DNA from: an uncultured delta proteobacterium
GTDB lineage: Bacteria > Desulfobacterota > Binatia > UBA9968
Assembly (NCBI GenBank): GCA_963745035.1
Contig: CAVUVW010000016.1
Span: 64,001 to 128,000, forward strand
Reading direction: 5' to 3'
Length of the DNA stretch: 64,000 nt
Part shown: one piece after another, positions 60,845 through 64,000 of the stretch
Layout of the letters: each line of letters starts with the position of its first letter
Position numbering within the stretch: the stretch's first letter is position 1
The notes under the pieces: model-generated
The model's database searches: none
What the model saw: only the letters and a program-made list of their open reading frames with translations
Told to the model about the DNA's origin: nothing
Program-made: the position numbers and the translations under genes

Positions 60845-62131
60845 ATGATTTCCGCTGACGAAAACAACTTACTGACGCAAACCGGGCCAAAGACTCCTGC
60901 AGGCGAACTCTTGCGCCGCTATTGGCAGCCGGTGGCGCTCGCGGATGAGCTGCCGGCAGGCGGGCCGCCTCGAACGGTCAGGATCATGGGCGAGGAGTTG
61001 GTGCTGTTTCGCGACGATCAAGGCAGGCCGGGATTGCTCGGGCTGCACTGCTCGCATCGCGGCACCGATTTGAGCTACGGCCGGATCGAAGACGGCGGTT
61101 TGCGGTGTCTCTATCACGGTTGGCTGTACGATATTTCCGGCTGCGTGCTCGAACAGCCGGGTGAGCCTGGCGGCGGCGCCCATCGCGGCGAGGTCCGTCA
61201 TCGCGCGCATCCTTGCCGCGAGTCGGGCGGAATTATTTTTACCTACATGGGACCCGGTGAGCCGCCGTTGTTGCCGAATTACGAATTTCTCAACGTCCCG
61301 GTGAACCAGCGATGCGTAACCAAGGCCCTATACCGGTGCAACTATTTGCAGGGCAATGAAGGCAATATCGATCCGGTGCATCTGTCGTTCTTGCATCAGT
61401 ATCTCTCCGAGGCAAAGCCGCCGCTCCAGCGCGTTGTGCCCGGCAGCGAAGCAACCGACAATACACTGCTGAAAAAAGACATCGCGCCGACGATCGACAT
61501 CGAGCTCACCGACTTTGGCTTGCGCATTTATTCTTCCCGCGAAAGCGAGCCGGGTAAGTGCTATCTGCGGATTACTAACTTTGTCATGCCCAATCTGAGT
61601 GCTTTCGGCGGCTCCACCGTGGGTGAAGGCTATGCGGTGCATTGGCATGTGCCGATCGACGACGTTTCCCATTGGAAATACATCTTCATGTTCAGCCGCG
61701 AGCGGCCGCTCCCCGAGGAGTTGATTCAAAAGAACCGCGCGGACTTGACGCCCGACTACCAGTTGGCTCGCAAGGGCAGCAATCGCTACCAACAGGATCG
61801 CGATTCGATGGCGACGAAGAGCTTTACTGGCATGGGCTTCAACTTTCAGGCACACGACGCGTTTGCGACCGAGAGCCAGGGCGCGATCCAAGACCGTACC
61901 CAAGAGCACCTGGTCACGTCGGACAAGGCGATCGTCGGCGCGCGCAAGTTGCTGCTGAAGGCCATCGCGGATCTGGAAGAAGGACGCGACCCGCAGCATG
62001 TCGTGCGCAATCCCAAGTCGAACAGCTTTTTCCATCTGCAAGTTTTGTCCGAGGTCATTCCGGTCTCGGCGGATGTTCGGCAACACACCCGCGAGCGCAT
62101 CAAAGCGATCGAACAGCGGTACGGCCAATAA
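60845..62131 (+). CDS. Rieske non-heme iron oxygenase alpha subunit (phthalate 4,5-dioxygenase/LigXa-like)
   Basis: LLRRYWQP; CSHRG...CLYHGW; EGNIDPVHLSFLH; DAFATESQG; EHLVTSD. Confidence 0.92.
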   Translation: MISADENNLLTQTGPKTPAGELLRRYWQPVALADELPAGGPPRTVRIMGEELVLFRDDQGRPGLLGLHCSHRGTDLSYGRIEDGGLRCLYHGWLYDISGCVLEQPGEPGGGAHRGEVRHRAHPCRESGGIIFTYMGPGEPPLLPNYEFLNVPVNQRCVTKALYRCNYLQGNEGNIDPVHLSFLHQYLSEAKPPLQRVVPGSEATDNTLLKKDIAPTIDIELTDFGLRIYSSRESEPGKCYLRITNFVMPNLSAFGGSTVGEGYAVHWHVPIDDVSHWKYIFMFSRERPLPEELIQKNRADLTPDYQLARKGSNRYQQDRDSMATKSFTGMGFNFQAHDAFATESQGAIQDRTQEHLVTSDKAIVGARKLLLKAIADLEEGRDPQHVVRNPKSNSFFHLQVLSEVIPVSADVRQHTRERIKAIEQRYGQ

Positions 62132-62168
62132 TTCCGCGCCAGGTTTATGGAAGAAAAAGAGGAGTAAA

Positions 62169-63146
62169 ATGATTCGGTATTTGTTTGTTCTAATCGCGTT
62201 AGTATTGGCCTATCCGACATATACCGCTGCGCAGGATCGCTATGTGATCGCCTATGCCGGCTTCGCCGGCTTTCAGTCACCGCTCTGGGCAACTAAGGAG
62301 CTCGGCTTTCTCAACAAGTACGGCGTCAGCGCCGATTTGGTGTTGACGCCCGGTTCGACACGCCAGATCCAAGCCTTGCTCGGCAATAGCGCGCACTTGG
62401 CTCAGGTCGACGCGGTCACTACCATCAACGCCATCGCTCAGGGTGCCGATCTGGTGATGATCTCGGGCTCGCTCAATACGTTTCCCTTCAGCTTCGTTGC
62501 GCAAAAAGAGATCCGCAAGCCCGAGGATCTCAACGGCAAGAAGATCGGTATCGTCGGGTTCGGCGGCGCCAATGAATTGGCGATCTTGCTCGCGCTCAAG
62601 GAGTGGAACGTGCCGCGCCAAAGCGTGACGATTCTTCAGGCCGGCGGTGCTTCGCAACGGCTGGTCGGCATGAGCGCCAAAGTGCTCGACGCCACCGTGC
62701 TCGCTCAGCCTGAGCTCGGCGAAGCGCAGCGCATGGGCATGAACGTGCTCGCGCACATGCGTGACATGAAGACCGCGGCGTTCCCGATGAACGCTATGGT
62801 GGTGCGCCGGTCTTTCTTGCAGCAACATCGCGATGCCGTGAAGCGCTACCAGCAAGCTTACGCAGAAGCGACCTATCAATTGCTCAACAGTAAGGAAAAA
62901 GCTACCGCGGTCCTAACCAAATGGCTCCAACAGAAAAACCCGAAGGCTATCGAGGAAACTTACCAGTACATCGCGACGAGTTTTTCGTTCCCGACGCGGA
63001 TCGCGCCGCAGGGTTTGCGCAACACCTTGGAGATGGTTTCGCAGAAAAATCCGAAGGTCGACACAAACCTGTCCAAATATCTAGATGAAAGCACGCTCGA
63101 TGAACTGGAAAAAGAGGGATTCTTTAGGCGGATCGCCGGTAAATGA
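62169..63146 (+). CDS. ABC transporter substrate-binding protein (SsuA/NMT1-like)
   Basis: RBS GAGGAG; signal peptide; PLWATKELGFLNKYG; DLNGKKIGI. Confidence 0.88.
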   Translation: MIRYLFVLIALVLAYPTYTAAQDRYVIAYAGFAGFQSPLWATKELGFLNKYGVSADLVLTPGSTRQIQALLGNSAHLAQVDAVTTINAIAQGADLVMISGSLNTFPFSFVAQKEIRKPEDLNGKKIGIVGFGGANELAILLALKEWNVPRQSVTILQAGGASQRLVGMSAKVLDATVLAQPELGEAQRMGMNVLAHMRDMKTAAFPMNAMVVRRSFLQQHRDAVKRYQQAYAEATYQLLNSKEKATAVLTKWLQQKNPKAIEETYQYIATSFSFPTRIAPQGLRNTLEMVSQKNPKVDTNLSKYLDESTLDELEKEGFFRRIAGK

Positions 63147-63149
63147 TTT

Positions 63150-63255
63150 GCGTTCAAGACGTTCAAGCAGTTCAACCGCTGCGCTCCGTTCAAGCTCCCT
63201 CCTGTTCAAGCCGGGGATCATTTGAACGTTTTGAACGATTGGAACGTTTTGAACC
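63150..63255. repeat. Inverted nonamer repeat (CGTTCAA..)n...(TTGAACG..)n
   Basis: cgttcaaga cgttcaagc agttcaacc...ttgaacgtt ttgaacgat tggaacgtt ttgaacc; relatives at 18660, about 39090 and about 55127. Confidence 0.85.
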
Positions 63256-63276
63256 AAGCCGACTAAAGGGAGGCCT

Positions 63277-64000
63277 ATGTTAACCCGGATTCAACATTTT
63301 GCCATCGTCAGTGAAAACTTCGTCCGCGAAGCCAAGTTCCACGAATCCGTATTCGGCATGACGCGATCGAAGCCGGGCTCCGAAGAGGAGCAGAAGGCGA
63401 TCCGCACCAATTACGCGGTCAGCATCAGCGACGGCTACGTCGGCGTCACCATGATCGGCAGGAAGCCGGGTTACATTCCGGGGCTGCACCACTTCGGCGT
63501 CGATGTCGACGACGTCGACGAAGCGATCGCGCGCATTAAAAAGAACTATCCTGAAGTTGCGGTGCTCAAGCGGCCGTCGAACCGGCCATTTGCAACCTAC
63601 GGCGCGCACGACCCCGAAGGCAACTATTTCGATCTGACCCAGGAGGGCATGTCGAACCGGCGCGACGTTTATGTCGAGCGGCAACGCGAGCATCCCCGGC
63701 GCGTTCACCACCTCAAGTTGCGCGTCATGAACGCTCCCGCCATCGCGGCGTTTTACCGGGACATGTTGGATTTGCGCGAAGCCGACAAGGCGCTGGAGGA
63801 TCCCAATTTTTATCTCACGGACGGCAGGATGACCTTGATCATTGCGCCGTGGAAGATGAGCGACTTTGAGGGCGCGGGCATCGACCGGCCCGGCCTGGAG
63901 CACGTCGGCTTTCAAGTCGAGAGCGTGGAGGCCGTCAAGAAAGAGCTGGCCGCGTTGCGCGAAGCCGACTCGGAAATGCGCGAGCGCATCATCGCCGAGC
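63277..64000 (+). CDS. Two-domain VOC-family protein, truncated by the window end (absent from the ORF track)
   Basis: RBS GGGAGG; MLTRIQHFAIVS; GLHHFGVDVDD; HDPEGNYFDL; GLEHVGFQVES; no stop before 64000. Confidence 0.85.
   Translation, partial: MLTRIQHFAIVSENFVREAKFHESVFGMTRSKPGSEEEQKAIRTNYAVSISDGYVGVTMIGRKPGYIPGLHHFGVDVDDVDEAIARIKKNYPEVAVLKRPSNRPFATYGAHDPEGNYFDLTQEGMSNRRDVYVERQREHPRRVHHLKLRVMNAPAIAAFYRDMLDLREADKALEDPNFYLTDGRMTLIIAPWKMSDFEGAGIDRPGLEHVGFQVESVEAVKKELAALREADSEMRERIIAE

Noticed and set aside
63280-63915. 211-aa minus-strand ORF
   Set aside because: Antisense to a clear plus-strand VOC gene with an RBS.

Overview
A 64-kb, GC-rich bacterial chromosomal segment. The gene content (very many orphan solute-binding proteins, amidohydrolase-2 paralogues, TTT/TAXI receptors, Rieske/LigB/VOC/LLM enzymes) resembles Candidatus Binatia-type soil or sediment Deltaproteobacteria; this taxonomic call is inference only. 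The window holds an alkylation-repair trio, a sigma54-type stress cluster, cydAB, thrC, an ABC-F ATPase, a VapBC-like toxin-antitoxin pair, a TctC-TctAB-flavoprotein/PrpD locus and a long organic-acid/aromatic catabolism region. I saw no rRNA, tRNA or CRISPR array. About nine genes carry 1-bp frameshifts, probably read errors, and four decayed gene fragments are present. The most striking signal is non-coding and has three parts: (1) a small stand-alone GIY-YIG nuclease gene tightly bracketed by CGTC-type REP palindromes; (2) three copies of a ~190-230-bp composite element built around related REP pairs and sitting at CACGAAG-type motifs; (3) an IS30 inserted exactly inside one REP, with a 3-bp GAA duplication, whose transposase takes its last six codons and stop codon from the REP. 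At least eight short-repeat families populate the intergenic gaps, and some have entered coding frames. Family assignments come from motif recognition by eye, not from database searches.
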